Numbered from the whole stretch's first letter, positions 23,456-37,688 are shown. The stretch: DNA of 63,877 bases, filler included, from Octopus bimaculoides (GCF_001194135.2; 10 parts of 9 records of this genome joined end to end with filler, not necessarily neighbours in it), one strand, 5' to 3'. Notes: generated by a model not told the origin, from the letters alone. Program-made: numbers and translations.

Positions 23456-23768
23456 ATAGATGAGGTATTAATCTTTGCCTGTAGCATACATTCCCAGAAG
23501 TTGTTTTGGTGGCTGTTTTGCCACCTGTAGATTTAAACTCCTTTTCATAAATACCAGGAAATAACTTAGGGCATTGCTCAATACTTTATAAACTTGACTT
23601 TCACTTCTCCACAGCTTACAGTACTGGACTTAAACCTTTCCATAAACTAGAAAAATGTTAGTGGATTCTGTTTGCAGCCTTATTATTAAAGATATGTCAA
23701 AAGCCCCAATGATTTCTCATTAAATTATAGACAAGCAGTGTGTGTGTGTGTGTGTGTGTATGCATACA

Positions 23769-23834
<66 letters not shown>

Positions 23835-24089
23835 TACTTGGTTTACACACCTGAAAATCATGATGTGTCACCACTTGAGTGGTTGAATGGTTATTAAGAA
23901 GAACAACTAATCGTAATACCCAAGCAATTGATACATGCATCTGGGTTTACATATCTGCTCCACTCATGCTCGATATCTATTTCATTCACGCTCACATGCC
24001 AAAATAAAATTGACTGTATTCATAGAAGATATTAAATATTTCTTCTTGTTTTCTAATTTCCTTTCTGCTTTTTCTTTGTTATTTTCCAG

Positions 24090-24252
24090 TCTTCAATCCC
24101 ATCGGAAATAATGTGGGGCAACCACTAGAGGTGTTTCAACCAATGGCAAGTGACTCTAAAGACTGTTCTTCCCCGCTGACTAAACTAACTGTGCCAAATC
24201 CTGTCAAACCTGAAGACCTAGAGTTGCTTGCCAAATTAGAGGAAGCTAACAG
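24090..24252 (+). CDS. EVI5: Coding exon of an EVI5-like Rab GTPase-activating protein (N-terminal region, upstream of the TBC domain)
   Basis: Acceptor ttgttattttccAG and donor GTAAAT. It encodes FNPIGNNVGQPLEVFQPMASDSKDCSSPLTKLTVPNPVKPEDLELLAKLEEANR. PEDLELLAKLEEANR matches vertebrate EVI5 PDDLELLAKLEEQNR as I recall it, and the exon ends inside the Arg codon. Confidence 0.85.
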
Positions 24253-25949
24253 GTAAATTGCAAACATTTTAATCATTCTTCTTGTCCCCATCAGATCGCT
24301 GGGTTGGCAAAATTGGTTGATGGAAGACAAAATATTTTTGCAGTAAATATCAATGTTTCTTCTAGTTTTTAATAGTCAGTGTGCACAAAAGAAAATCTTA
24401 TTTTGTGCAATTAGTTCATGTGTAAAAAGTATGTATGCACCCAATGTATATTAAGTGCATGTGTGTGAGACAAGGTTGTCACTTTCTATTATCGGTACAG
24501 TGCATCTGACAGGTTTCCATATAGTTTATTGACTTAATTTCAATCACAAATCTTGGACTAGCATGAGGCCATGATAAAAGCCACTTGCCCTAGATATCAT
24601 ACAGGACATTTCAATCAAAGACATCTTGATTGCAAAGTGAACTTCTTAACTTTTGATCCATGCTGTGCACTCAACACTTGTCTGTGGTAAAAGCAGATTG
24701 GCAGATGTTCAATGTGCAACATCTCTTAGAGTGCTATCTCTTATGAAAACTAAAGAATGTGCCAAAGAAGATATTTTTTGTAATTGTTTAACCAAACGAA
24801 CAAAGTAATGCACCTTGCTCTGAACCAAGCACAGTAGATACAGTTAAGCTTTAAACTCAAGACCTTGTGGTGAGCATTGCAGCATGTTAACTTTGCTGCC
24901 ATCATAACACTGCTTTTGAGATTTTTACCAGTTTCAATCTTAATGACATAATACTTAGTTCAACATATGCATTTTGATGTAATTTTATTGTTTTACTGGT
25001 TTCAGTCATTGAACTATGGCTGTGTGTGTGTGTGTGTGTGTGTGTGCGTGCGTGCTTGCCAGTACCACATAAAAAACACCCATTACACTCTGAAAAGTGG
25101 TTGGTGTTAGGAAGAACATCCAGCTGTAGAAACCATGCCAAAACAGGCAATTGGAGCCTGGACAGCTCTTCAACTGGCCAGTGCCTGTCAAACCGTTCAA
25201 CCCATGCCAGCAAGGAAAATGGATGTTAAATGATGATGAACCCATACAGACATAGAGAAATGAATGCTAAACCAAGGAGATGATGATTGGATATTGAAAC
25301 AGCTGGCATATTACCTACCATTGTTTCATATATATTATATTTAATTTTTTTAATATTAATTAAATATTTTCATCATGTTTTTAATTTTATCTATTATTCT
25401 TTTGGCTCGGGAAATTTGAAAACTACAGGGAATCAGCAACTAGACTTACTGACAACTAAATTATTTTTTCTGTGATTAACTCGCTGTGTGAACAGAGGGC
25501 CTAAATGCCCAATCAGTCACAGTCCTATTCTATTTAATGATTTCATTAGTTCTATTGAGCAATTTACAATAGAATTAGCTGTAATATTTCATTCATAAGT
25601 TTTAATATGATCAAAGGCTCTTCTTATAGCTCCTTCTCTTCCTCTTCTATTACAAGCTTGTTGAATAACTCATAACTATGAAAAGGATTGGCATTAAGAC
25701 TGCAGTAGATGTTATCACATGTCTAAACAATATGATCATTTGTTTATTAATTTCTTTCAAGGACACAAATTATGTGGTGGTAAAGGGGAAGAGCAGGAGC
25801 AATTTTGATATTCAAAATTCAGGCCATCAGTTGACAGTAGGTTTTTTTTGGAAAACCAAATTCAAGAAATATTGTTTTTATGAAAGGTCATCTTTACTAA
25901 TAACTAAATGTATGCACTTATTCTAAATAAGGGGATGAATTGGGAGAAT

Positions 25950-26440
25950 TGTTAGGGCTTTGGACAAAGTGCCTTGTGGTATTCATTCCAGATCTTTATG
26001 TTCTGAGTTCAAATCATGCCAAAGTCAATTTTGTCTTTCATCTTTCCAGGGTTGATAAAATAAAGTATCATTCAAGTACTGGAGTCTATTTTGATTTACC
26101 TCAGCCACTATATTTTGTGATTTTGTGCCTCTGTTAGAAATTATTAATATTCTAAATGCAGTGGCTCGGCAAAATTCATAGAGCACCAGGCAAAATGCTT
26201 TGCACTATTTAGTTATGTCCCTTTATGTTCTGCATTTAAATTCCAAGTCTATCATATTGAACATAGCCCTCATATAGACTTTATTGAACTGATTTTTGCC
26301 AAAGCAGTCTACCAATATCTGCCTTTCATTCTTCTGGTATCAATAAAATAAGTACCAGTCAAGCATTAGGTCAATGTAAATGACTGCCCTCTCCCTATCA
26401 AAAGCAAATTTCCGGCCTTCTGGCTACATTAGAAATTATT
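25950..26440 (+). mobile_element. Two CpG-decayed SINE family A copies in the EVI5 intron
   Basis: Align to family A with CG changed to TG or CA. Confidence 0.7.
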
Positions 26441-29400
26441 ATTGCAAGGATGGCAATATTTGCCATAGTTGCAATATTTGTCCTGACTCTTACATTCTTA
26501 GTTCAAATTCCAACTTTGCTGTTTATCTTTCTAGGTTTGATAAAATTTTTAAAAAAAAACAGTCAAATATTAAGGTCAATTTAAATCAGCATTCCATCCT
26601 ACATACTAAAAAGGTTTGACTTTGTGCTTATGTATGAAATTATTGTTGTTATTGCAACATGTCCCATTCATATCCTTTACAAGGATTTAGTGGTGTAATT
26701 GTGAAATTGTCCCAACTAAGAATTGAAACTTGGTTGCTGATTTGGCTTACTGACAACTTCAACACTATGCTATAGCATGCACCAATTATAATCATTGAAA
26801 GCCTATTGTAGATTGACTGAACTCCCTCTAGTTAATGCCTAAAAATGTTATCTGTTATTGACATACCCTGGTTGTTCTTCCAAAATATAATGATTCCCTT
26901 TGACAAGGAACAATGTTTCTATAGATGTTAGTTAGAAATATTTGGGTTCACAGCTTCATCTTGTACTATACTAGATTGGAAAATTGAAATACTAAATGGA
27001 ATAAGAATAAAAAAAAAAGATAGTCGACATTACCAAGGTCACTGTCCTTTCTGACATACTTTGTTAGTTTTAAAAAAATACCAAGGATTTCAGTAACTCA
27101 GTTACACCAAAACAACACACTAATTACCATATACTGTGTTTAATTTCAGAAACAAAATCTAACAATGATTTCCTCCAACTGTTGTTGCTATTATACAGTA
27201 GCAGTACAGTTGTAAAGTAAGTAGTAATTATAGTAGTTAGTGTTGAAAACACAAATTCTCAACCAATCACTAAAACGAACTACCAAGGCTGGTAGGTAAT
27301 TGAGGAACACACTGTGTATTGGTGCAGTCTTTATCAGTCTTGAAAATGAGTATTCAGTTGTTTGATTAACTGAATTCTTACTTGTAAAATTAATGTGTAA
27401 GTTTCTGAGTATTCCACAGATGTGTGTACTATTAACACAATTTTCTTGTTGAATCGGTGTAACATAATGTGACAGGACTGGACTGTTGAATTACAGTCAA
27501 TCACATATGGCATCAATCACACATGAATAGTGCTTTTTACATGCCTGCCATCAGCCACATTCAGATGGTGCTTTTTATGTGCCACCAGCACAGGTGCCAG
27601 TCAGGGGGCACTTGCATCAGCCACGTTCAGACAGTGCTTTCTTACGTTAATTAATTCTGTTTTGACTAAGAAAATAGGGCTTCTTTTTTTTTTTTATCTT
27701 TAATAATGCCAGCAATATTCTGTGTATCTGAAATATATGTAAGATAGCCAGTGATGCTATCATATGAAATTCCTTCTGCCAAATAAAATAGTTGTCTAAC
27801 TTGTATGTATATTTTAAAGATTGTGATGGTAGGGGTGGTTGTTTCACCACAAGTCAGCCATGATTGAAAAAAAAACAAAACTTGTGAACAAAAGCATTCT
27901 AGCTGTGACTCTGCCTCTAAGATGGTAATGGAGCAATTTGAGGAAGATTTGGTTGCTTCTATCAAGTCAAACAACCATGTCAACTTATATCATCATAGAT
28001 ATTGATACCTTACATTAGTATAAGGCTACAAATTTGTTGTTGGGATAAAAGATTTAAACTAAGAACATAGAAAAATGGGCTAAATTCTGAGAAAGCATTT
28101 CTGATTCTCCACTGCTTTAAATACAATGAATATTAACTGGAAATTTTCAACTTCATTTAGAAAATCAAAATTTTAAATAGAAAGTAATGAGGGCAATAAG
28201 AAAAAAAAGAGGAGAGTTTCTATACTTTATTCTTTAAATAAAATTTATCATTTGTTCTGGCACTGATCCAGAGAAACTCTGTAGTGTTGGTGGCCTGATA
28301 AAATGCCTAAGTTGCACTGTAAAAATATTTGCTGATAGGAAGCAAGGCCATTCAGGCTTAAAAGCAATGTCAAAATTACCATATGCAACAACAAAGCTGG
28401 CTGTCTTTTCTCTGTTGCTGTGTGTCACATAATGAAAGACTGCACAGCCCATATCAGCAAGGAAAAACAGGTTTAACATCATGAGTATGAAGATGACATC
28501 AATGACTCAAGAATAATTTAATGTTATTCTTTTGTTTGTCATTAGAATAATAAAAAAAACTTCAGCAAAAACTATAAGATTTTTGCTAATAGTATCATCA
28601 GGCAAATATCAAAGACTTGTGTAGTCTATATAAAACTTTGAATTTGAAGAAGTTAAGTTTGCCGTTTCTTATTTCCATTTGATAACCTCATCTACTCAAT
28701 GCAATGATGTGAGATGGTATTGCTGAATCTTAGATTAGCCTTGATCTAAAAAACCTGTGATCAAATGTGTGATCACACCATATTTTTCGAGCTACTTCAG
28801 ATTATATTATGCAACATCTACTTGCCTTTTTTTTTCCCCGTTTATTATTTTTCCATGATGAGAAACAAGTGATTCAAGAGAGACTTGGCTGCTATTTCTA
28901 GCAGATTGAGAAACCACGTGGCTTCCTTCATAATACAAGTGTAAATGTTTCATTAATTACCCAAGCCTAGGAAGATTTTATCAGCATTAATATAAATTTA
29001 AAAAGCTATTGTCATCAGCTGACCAAAGTATTCTCCCTTATACTAAATGTTGACATGACTTTTACATCAGCTGAACAACCCAACTGTTTACTTTGACACG
29101 GAAAACAATAGCTGGTCTCTTTGAAATAACAAGAATAAATTTCATCTAATCTGAGCTAATAAAGGGTAATTTACATGATTGTGCAATCTACCAGAAATAG
29201 CAGTCAAATCTCTCTCAAATCACTCCTGTCATCTTTAAAAAAAAATGGTTATCTAGGACTACTTTAACTTATATATCTGAATAAAAGCTGGGATAATCGA
29301 GGACTAGAATTCCCTTGATCATCAGTTTGCTCAATCTGGACAGACTTTGATTTAAACAACTATGAATAGACTCTTATGTTTAGATGGGTGCATGGATGAA

Positions 29401-29509
29401 TGTATTACTGGGTAGATAAATGGACATGTGAATGAAATGTTACACAAACCCTCAAATATATAAACCCGAAACCAATTTCATTGATTAGATTGTATTATAG
29501 TTAGAAATA

Positions 29510-29720
29510 AGGTGGTGAACTGGCAGAAATGATAGCACACTCAACAAAATGCTTAGTGGCATTTTGTCTGTCTTTACATTCTGAGTTCAAATTCCACCAC
29601 GATCAACTTTGCCTTTCAGTTTCAATAAAATAAGTACTGGCTGAGTACTAGGGTCAATGTAATCAATAGCCCCCTCCCCCAAAACTGCAGCCCTTGTACC
29701 TATAGTAGAAAGAATTATTA
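29510..29720 (+). mobile_element. SINE family A copy, CpG-decayed
   Basis: CTGAGTTCAAATTCCACCACGATCAACTTTGCCTTTCA aligns to family A. Confidence 0.75.
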
Positions 29721-31276
29721 TAGTTAGAGCTGAGATTAACCCCTTTGAGACCATATTACTATTACTCTGTTTCAATTAAGCTGAGAGTAATCAAGAATTT
29801 GGAGGGAGTTTTGTGAAATAAGTACATTGTTAAGATGACATTCTGAACATGATTTAGTGAAATGTTGTTAAAACTATGGTGCAAAGTTTTAATTTGAAAA
29901 GGGTTCACCTTAAACCAGGAAATTTTGTATTAAAGAACTTCTTAGGCAGATTGGTACCAAAAGGTTTAAAACCAGTAAATAGCTGAGACATTAATACAAT
30001 TTTACATTATTCTATTTTCTACTTCAATGTTTTGAGTACAGATCTCATTTATGTTACCTTTACTATTTTATTCCTTTAGAATTGTTGTTGTTTAAATCCA
30101 AGTTAGCATTGCTTTAGCCAAACTAAGAACAAAGGCTTTTCTGCAATGATCACCTCATTTATTTGTGTATCTAGGATTATATTGTTCTATGTGTTCTTCC
30201 TTTAGTCTTTTTATCGCAGTAGGGTGTTATTGAGGGAGATTTGTGTGCCATTTCTATCCTGTGATTTCAGGTTCAGTCCCATATTTGTTATGTTGGATAA
30301 GTGTCTTCTACCCTAGCTTGAGATCAAACAAAGTCTCATGGACAGTTGTCAGGGTTTATGCTTTTGAGTGGCAAACTTAATCTTTTATCTTGTTTTACAT
30401 CAACACATGGCCCTTGGATACAATTAGCATAATACATGCTGTTACAAGCTTCCGTGCTATGTGTGTCCAGTTTGAAGATGACGTCTTCTTTTATTCCCAT
30501 CAGTCTCAGACCCATGAAGATGGTCATAGGCACTGCTGTCCTTCCTCCTCAGAATAAAAAATCTTCATTAGAGGAAAAAAAATTTCCCCGTTGTCAAAAC
30601 TGCTTTTATGTGTAGTCAAATGGCACCTACATTTAGAATCCCTGGACAATTTCATGCCTAGTTTAACACATGGCCTTTTACCTGAGTTCTCTCTAGCATT
30701 CAGGCACTGACTGCTCACATTTTGTCTTCAGAGATTTGGGCCTAGACATTAGCATCATAGATCTCACAGATCTGAAAGGGTCAGTTAAATTCATGAGCAC
30801 TATTCCTCCTTCTATAACTAATTTGTAAATTATAAATTTCCAAAAGGTTCTTGTTTTGTTTCTATTTTACAGTACTCAATCAGTCTAGTCCCTTCTTGTT
30901 TTTTCCGTCTGCACCTACCACAACTCCTTATTGCTTCAGTGCTACCACATGCCCTTAATTTTTTTGTTCTCAACTGTAACTTCCCTCACATACTCTTCCT
31001 CTTCTGTCAACTATAACACCCACTTCTAGTCATCCTTAATCCTATTTTTGCACTGTTCCTAAATTACTTCTCTGCAGGATTTCTTTTAATAGATATCCTT
31101 GTCTTTGAAACATAAAATGTGTGTGTATGTGTGTGTGTGTGTGTGTGTGTGTTAGGAGAGAGAAAGAGAAAAAAAGATGTGTTTTGCGCATGTCTACGTT
31201 TTTGTATGTAAGAACTTGTGCTTATGCATGTGTCTGTGCATATGCATGTATCTCTGAGTATGTGTATCTCTCTCTT

Positions 31277-31308
<32 letters not shown>

Positions 31309-31624
31309 AGTATAACTGTTCTGATATTTTTATACCTCATAAGTAAGAAAAGGTAGCAGAGTAACAGCAGAAACTGGATTGTTCATCAACAACCTTGCCT
31401 TTAGTTCTTTTTCTTACTGTCAGCAGAACATTGTTTCTAAATATTGTCTGCTTCTTTCTACTAGACATATGTATACCTGTGCTTGTTTGTGAATGTGTGA
31501 ACATGTAAATGCCTCTGAAATGTTAATTTCTTTATGAAAAATTCCCTCATTTTCATTAAATTCTTCTTTTGTAATTTACTCTCTTATAGAACACACACAC
31601 ACACACACACTCTCTCTCTCTCTC

Positions 31625-31683
<59 letters not shown>

Positions 31684-33902
31684 GATACAATTAACACAAT
31701 GTCTGGTTTAACACCACCACCAAGTCCTAGGGTGCTGTTAGCAGCCCATTCCCCACATTTTTCTTGCAGACATTCAGGCTGGGCATCAACCACATCAAAC
31801 TCCCCAATTTTGGCAGACTTCCAAAAGGGAAACTGCCCCTTCTTCCCTGAACTGCTTATAAAACAAAGGCAAAAGAAAAAAAATGAAGACTCATGCACAG
31901 TTTTACTTAAGTCATGCAATATCCTTTTAAAATAAAAAGAAATATATAAATGCATATAATGTTGGCCTTGACAAATGTGTTACGCTGCTTTTTCATTACT
32001 AGCTTCACTGACATATTTTAAATCTATAAGTACTATAAAATTGTGTACTTTTGTAGTTGTGCAGACACAAATATATAGCAAAGAATGAGGGAACTTACTG
32101 GCAGACTATGTAGAAATGAAATAGAAGCTACGCACTTAGTCCAAAGAGAAAATACCTCAGATGTCATCTTCGTGAAAAATAATAGTTCAATTTGTGTTGA
32201 GAGAATTAATAATGAGCCAGTAAGAAATATTAGTCAATGGCTAGTATTTTTGTTTTTTTTGCTTATTTTTTCAAATATAAAATCTATCTCCTGACATGTT
32301 TTGATTTTACTTTGAGCTCAACAGCAAAGCCTAGTCTTCGCTGTACTCACTGCTGTAATGATGGCAGAATCAAGTGAATATAAATATACAAGACTATATA
32401 CATTGGTTTACTTGAGAAAACAGAATTCTTCAGTTACTAAATAACTCCAATACACGAACCATATGAAAAATAGTTAGGTTTATGCATTTAAGGTGTGTAA
32501 AGGCAGTTCAAAGTTGTTCTAGGACACCACGATTGTTGCTGTTGTTTAACCCTGTGTTGCTTTTATCGAACAGGCCTATGATCAAAGCTATTTCAAGTAT
32601 AGCCAGTTTATCATTTTTTTCTTTGCATGTAGTGTATCTTGGAGTATATTATCCATTGTCACTATTTTTTTTTTATGAGAAGTAAGGTATTTAAGGGAGA
32701 TTTGGTTTCTATTTCTAGCAGTTCTAGTGATAATGTTAAAACGGTCCTCTTTATAGTCGCTATTGTTGGTAATGATGATGGTGTTTAAGCTTTGGTCATC
32801 CCTAACCCACAAGACTTATGATTAAAGACACTCCAATTGTGATCATCCAACCTTTATTGTTCAGGTATTGTGTATCTAGAACTACATTATCTAATGTCAT
32901 CTTCCCTTTTTTATGACATTTGGATATGATTTGAGGGAGATCAAATTGATATTTTTCACAGGTCATGGACCATGTAGAGGCTCTCTAATTGGTTCACCAT
33001 AACAGAAGTACAACTTGGATATAGCCAATGATAGTCAACCTGCATATCTGATACACTTGAATATTCTCTGGTATATCTGCAGTGTCTGCATGTGCGTATA
33101 AGTATATGTCATATGTGCATTCTTGTGTGTGTTATATGCATTATTTATGTGCATGCACATGCATACAGACAGCTACATACAGTTACATATTTTGCAAGCA
33201 TGTAAGCAGATATGTACATGAACTCATACATATGTATATTCAGACAAGTGCATGTATGTATGCTTTCACAGATAATGCATACAAGTATAAACATTGTGCC
33301 TCAGGGAATATTGAAAACATTCCAGTTTTAGAGTTGTAAATCTAAAAGTCTCCATTATGATTAGTTTTCTATTGGTCAGCTTATATTACTCCTCTTTCTC
33401 TCAATCCATCCCTCCTTCCTCTCCCAAATATCCTTTATAAATCATATAATAACTGTTAATGATAATTATACATCATTGATGATCTTGATCATTCTTTAAT
33501 TGCCAAAGAAGTGCAAACAAGACAAAAATCAAACAAATAATACAATTGATTTCTCTTGTTGGCAAGAGATCACAAATTGATATGGGAATTATAGCTGCCA
33601 GTTAGATTAAAGCCAGTATATGACTGGCACATATTTTATCAACTATCAACCCTTTGGTAGGATTTCAGTTATTGACAGAGCTGAATACGAGGTATCTTTC
33701 ACCATGGGACTCCTGTTTATACCACTCTNNNNNNNNNNNNNNNNNNNNNNNNNNNNNNNNNNNNNNNNNNNNNNNNNNNNNNNNNNNNNNNNNNNNNNGG
33801 CTACATGGAGATAAAACAAGCACAAAAAATACTTTAATTATGGCTGTAGTGATGGCATTATGAATTACAACTGCAATTATTATTATTTTTATTATTATCA
33901 TT

Positions 33903-33933
<31 letters not shown>

Positions 33934-33952
33934 CTATCATTATTATTATTAC

Positions 33953-34375
33953 TAAGGCAACAAGCTAGCAGAATTGTCAGTGCGCCAGGCAAAATGCTTA
34001 GCGGCTTTTCATCCAGCTTTTACATTCTGAGTTCAAATTCCACTGAGGTTGACTTTGTCTTTCATCCTTTCGGGGTCATCGATGTAACCGACTCATCCCC
34101 TCTCCCAGAATTGCTGCCTTTGTGGCAAAATTTGAAACCATTGTTATTATTATCATTATTTCAGGCATTGTGCCTATAGTAGAAAGTTTTATTATGATTA
34201 TTAGTATTATTATTAATATTATTAAAGTGGTAAGCCAGCAGAATTGTTAGCATGCTGGTCAAAATGCTTAGCAGCATTTCGTGTCTTTACATTCTGGGTT
34301 CAAATTCTGCCAAAGTCATCATGCCTTTCATTCTTTCGGAGTCAATAAAATAAATACCAGCTGAGTACTGGGGTT
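33953..34375 (+). mobile_element. Two SINE family A copies, CpG-decayed
   Basis: CTGAGGTTGAC at 34043-34053 corresponds to CCGAGGTCGAC at 2020-2030. Confidence 0.75.
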
Positions 34376-34595
34376 GCACAAGATCTCCTTGATTGTGCCG
34401 AGAACAATGGAAACTTTGTGTAGGCCTCTGAGCAGGTATCACCAAGCTTTTGGCAAAATTTGATGCAGATTCTCTGCTCAACTTAATCTGTCATGGTGAA
34501 TTTGATGATCACATGCTACAAAGTTAGCTAGAATGTTAAAACTTAGTGCACATGCACAGCAGAGTTCAAGATCAATCTGTGCCAANNNNNNNNNN

Positions 34596-34867
34596 TGCCA
34601 GTTAGATTAAAGCCAGTATATGACTGGCACATATTTTATCAACTATCAACCCTTTGGTAGGATTTCAGTTATTGACAGAGCTGAATACGAGGTATCTTTC
34701 ACCATGGGACTCCTGTTTATACCACTCTGAAAGCTTTACAAATTTTAAAAATGCATGCATAATGGCTACATGGAGATAAAACAAGCACAAAAAATACTTT
34801 AATTATGGCTGTAGTGATGGCATTATGAATTACAACTGCAATTATTATTATTTTTATTATTATCATT

Positions 34868-34898
<31 letters not shown>

Positions 34899-34955
34899 CT
34901 ATCATTATTATTATTACTAAGGCAACAAGCTAGCAGAATTGTCAGTGCGCCAGGC
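34596..34955 (+). repeat. Near-exact duplicate of 33596-33990, probably an assembly artefact
   Basis: Identical sequence at a 1000-bp offset. This copy supplies 35 bases where the first copy has 70 N. It is bounded by a 10-N gap and the scaffold end. Confidence 0.85.
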
Positions 34956-35055
34956 NNNNNNNNNNNNNNNNNNNNNNNNNNNNNNNNNNNNNNNNNNNNT
35001 TAATTAATTAANNNNNNNNNNNNNNNNNNNNNNNNNNNNNNNNNNNNNNNNNNNN
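34956..35055. other. Artificial scaffold-joining spacer
   Basis: 44N-TTAATTAATTAA-44N. Confidence 0.97.
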
Positions 35056-35185
35056 TTGTACATATATATATATATATGTGTGTGTGTATAAACACGTGTA
35101 CACACACAAATGTTTATATGTGTGTGTATGTATGTATTTATGCATGTATATGACTATCATATATATATATTTATTTATATATCTA

Positions 35186-35267
<82 letters not shown>

Positions 35268-35648
35268 GAGAGAGAAGAGAGATGTGCTTGAGTATATACG
35301 TGCACATACATATGCATATAGAAATATACATACATATATATGCATTATATAAACACATAATTTCTTACAAGTATACATATCTGCGCGAATTAGATAAAGA
35401 GGAGGGTAACGTGGATAGCACACACCTGTGGCTGAGGCCCCAAACCCCAAAGATCCTAGAATAGACACAAGCTGACAGAAGGTTTTTATAACAAAGAGCA
35501 ACTGTAACGGCCAATCCTTTAATTCTAAAGAGAGTATATAAGAAATAAATAAGCAAACGCAGAAATGAATAGATAAATAAATTAATAAATAATTTGGCCG
35601 ACCCAGTTCGTGAGCTGAGAATTACTGGCATGAAAGAAAGGGCTGGAG

Positions 35649-35686
<38 letters not shown>

Positions 35687-36318
35687 GTTATGTAATAATA
35701 CATATTATATATATATATACACACACATATATATACACATACGTTTATATATTTTCATACATACATGCATACATGCGTACACTCATATGCGCAGGTATGT
35801 GTGTGTGTGTGTGTGTGTGGTGTATATGCATTTGTACATGTATATGAGTGTGTGTATGTCTGCATGCATGAATGTATGTGTCTGTGTGTAAGCGTGCATA
35901 TACGTAAGTACGCATGTATGTATCTATGCATGTATGTATGCTTGTATATAAAGGGCTTCTTCGCAAATGGCAAATGGAACCGAAATTCCAAGATGGCAGC
36001 TGGTATGGAATAGAGCTGAACAATAATAGATAGGTCACGTGCTCAAAAGAATTTTGGGTTTTGCTAAGTCAGATAACAGAAGCTATCTTTGACTTGGCAA
36101 ACCACCTGGCGACCAACGGAAGAATCTGCAAGCACTTAAATCGAAAATATGGCACACGTGCAAAGCACCCATTACACAGCACACATGTACGTACACGTAG
36201 CTACGTACTTAAATGCATAGATAAATACATACGTTTATATTATTTATATAGTATATCTAAACATCTATAGATGTATACATATATGTATAAATGAGTATCT
36301 GTATACATATATATATAC

Positions 36319-36355
<37 letters not shown>

Positions 36356-36365
36356 GATATATATA

Positions 36366-36480
36366 GGCACAGGCGTGGGTGTGTGGTAGGAAGTTTGCTT
36401 GTCAACCACACGATTCCAAGTTCAGTCTTACTGCGTAGCACCTTGAAGAAGTGTCATCCATTATAGTTTCGGGCTGACCA
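36366..36480 (+). mobile_element. SINE family B 5' part
   Basis: GTGTGGTAGGAAGTTTGCTT...AACCACACGATTCCAAGTTCAGTC...CACCTTG aligns to the other family B copies. Confidence 0.7.
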
Positions 36481-36672
36481 TTGAAGTTCGAGCTTCCACC
36501 GCTAGGAGTGACTTGATGCGATCCTCTGGCATCAGTCTACCGACAGGTGTCGTCGTCGGATTTCACACTGCCACGACTTTTGCGATGGCTGAAAAGAAGT
36601 AACCGCAGGCATCCGTGAAATTCTGTTTTCTGCTGTGGAAAACGGCAGCCGAAACAGTTCTCATGCTTCAAG

Positions 36673-36850
36673 TATTGGTTTGGTGCATAATTATTACGGC
36701 TTTTTTTTTTCAACAAATTTTATTCAACAAAAACAATAACAACTTTTAATGAAAACATCTTTAAATGATGATCTGACCATCTGCCAATCAAATGGAAAGC
36801 AGTAATTGAAGTAGATGGTGAGGAATTTCATAGTATTAATCTCATCTAAT
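36673..36850 (+). mobile_element. Mariner-derived non-autonomous remnant
   Basis: Starts TATTGGTTTGGTGCATAATTATTACGGC, a mariner-type TIR. It then reads DHLPIKWKAVIEVDGEEF, similar to the mariner C-terminus LP.RW..VI...GEYF. No right TIR is seen. Confidence 0.55.
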
Positions 36851-37688
36851 GAAGTTCTAAAAAAGAAAAAGTTATGAGTGTTCGTTTCTCAAATATGAAG
36901 GTGATAATATAGTTTTATACGTTTTATATTCTAAGCGGACTTTTGATATATGCCAGTCAGTGGGACTGAGCCGCGGGTTTTGATCATAGCCCGGCTTAAT
37001 CAGGAATGACTGGGCGGCGTGTGGTGGGAATGTAAATTACGACATTAACGACAGCTACAACAATTTCAGCACAACAGCATCAAATACAAAAAAAAAATGA
37101 GATTATCAATGTTTCCCATTCACTGGAAATCGTTAAAATCTGTGGAAATGTGTTGAGCGCCGCTCAGGTTAATATTTTTAATATTGGAGGACATGGTATG
37201 GTGCATATTGGAGGACATGGTATGGTGCATATTGGGAACGTGCTGGTCATTTCGGACATGGCGTTATGTTTGGTAGAAGATGAAGAATGCGTAAGTGCAT
37301 GTGTGTGTGAGTGTCTCTGTATGCGAAAATGTATGTGTGTGTTTAATTTGGGGTGTTTGTGTATAAAGAACGGCGAAGGGTAGTGGATGGGGTGGATGAG
37401 AACTCTAAATTACCGTATGTTTTAATTTGTCTGTGACAGAGCTAATTAGCAACGGTATATAACCATAGCTAAAAAAAGGAAGTATCCACATTTCTTATAC
37501 TTTACCAACCATAAACGCCATAGAACTGGATCGACCATTAAAGAATTAATTTCTTTATCTTCTTCTTTGCTTTCCTCCCACTTTTTGTTTCTTTCACTTC
37601 TTCTTTTTTTTTCCTTAGATTTTTCCTTCCCACTCATTCTTGCTTTCTGACCGTTTTTTTTTCTTCATTTATGTTTTACATAAAACAC

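Noticed and set aside
8178-24252. Apparent neighbourhood of candidate gene, Helitron, U6 copy, hammerhead and EVI5 as one system
   Set aside because: These lie on different scaffolds separated by artificial spacers, so their co-location is not biological.
27922-27990. MVMEQFEEDLVASIKSN as the next EVI5 exon
   Set aside because: The required phase-2 join gives an immediate stop (TGG TAA), and similarity to the expected LLE.DSKSL is poor.
31700-31935. MSGLTPPPSPRVLLAAHSPHFSCR... ORF as an EVI5 exon or alternative start
   Set aside because: It has no similarity to EVI5, no usable GT donor, and it starts next to a microsatellite.
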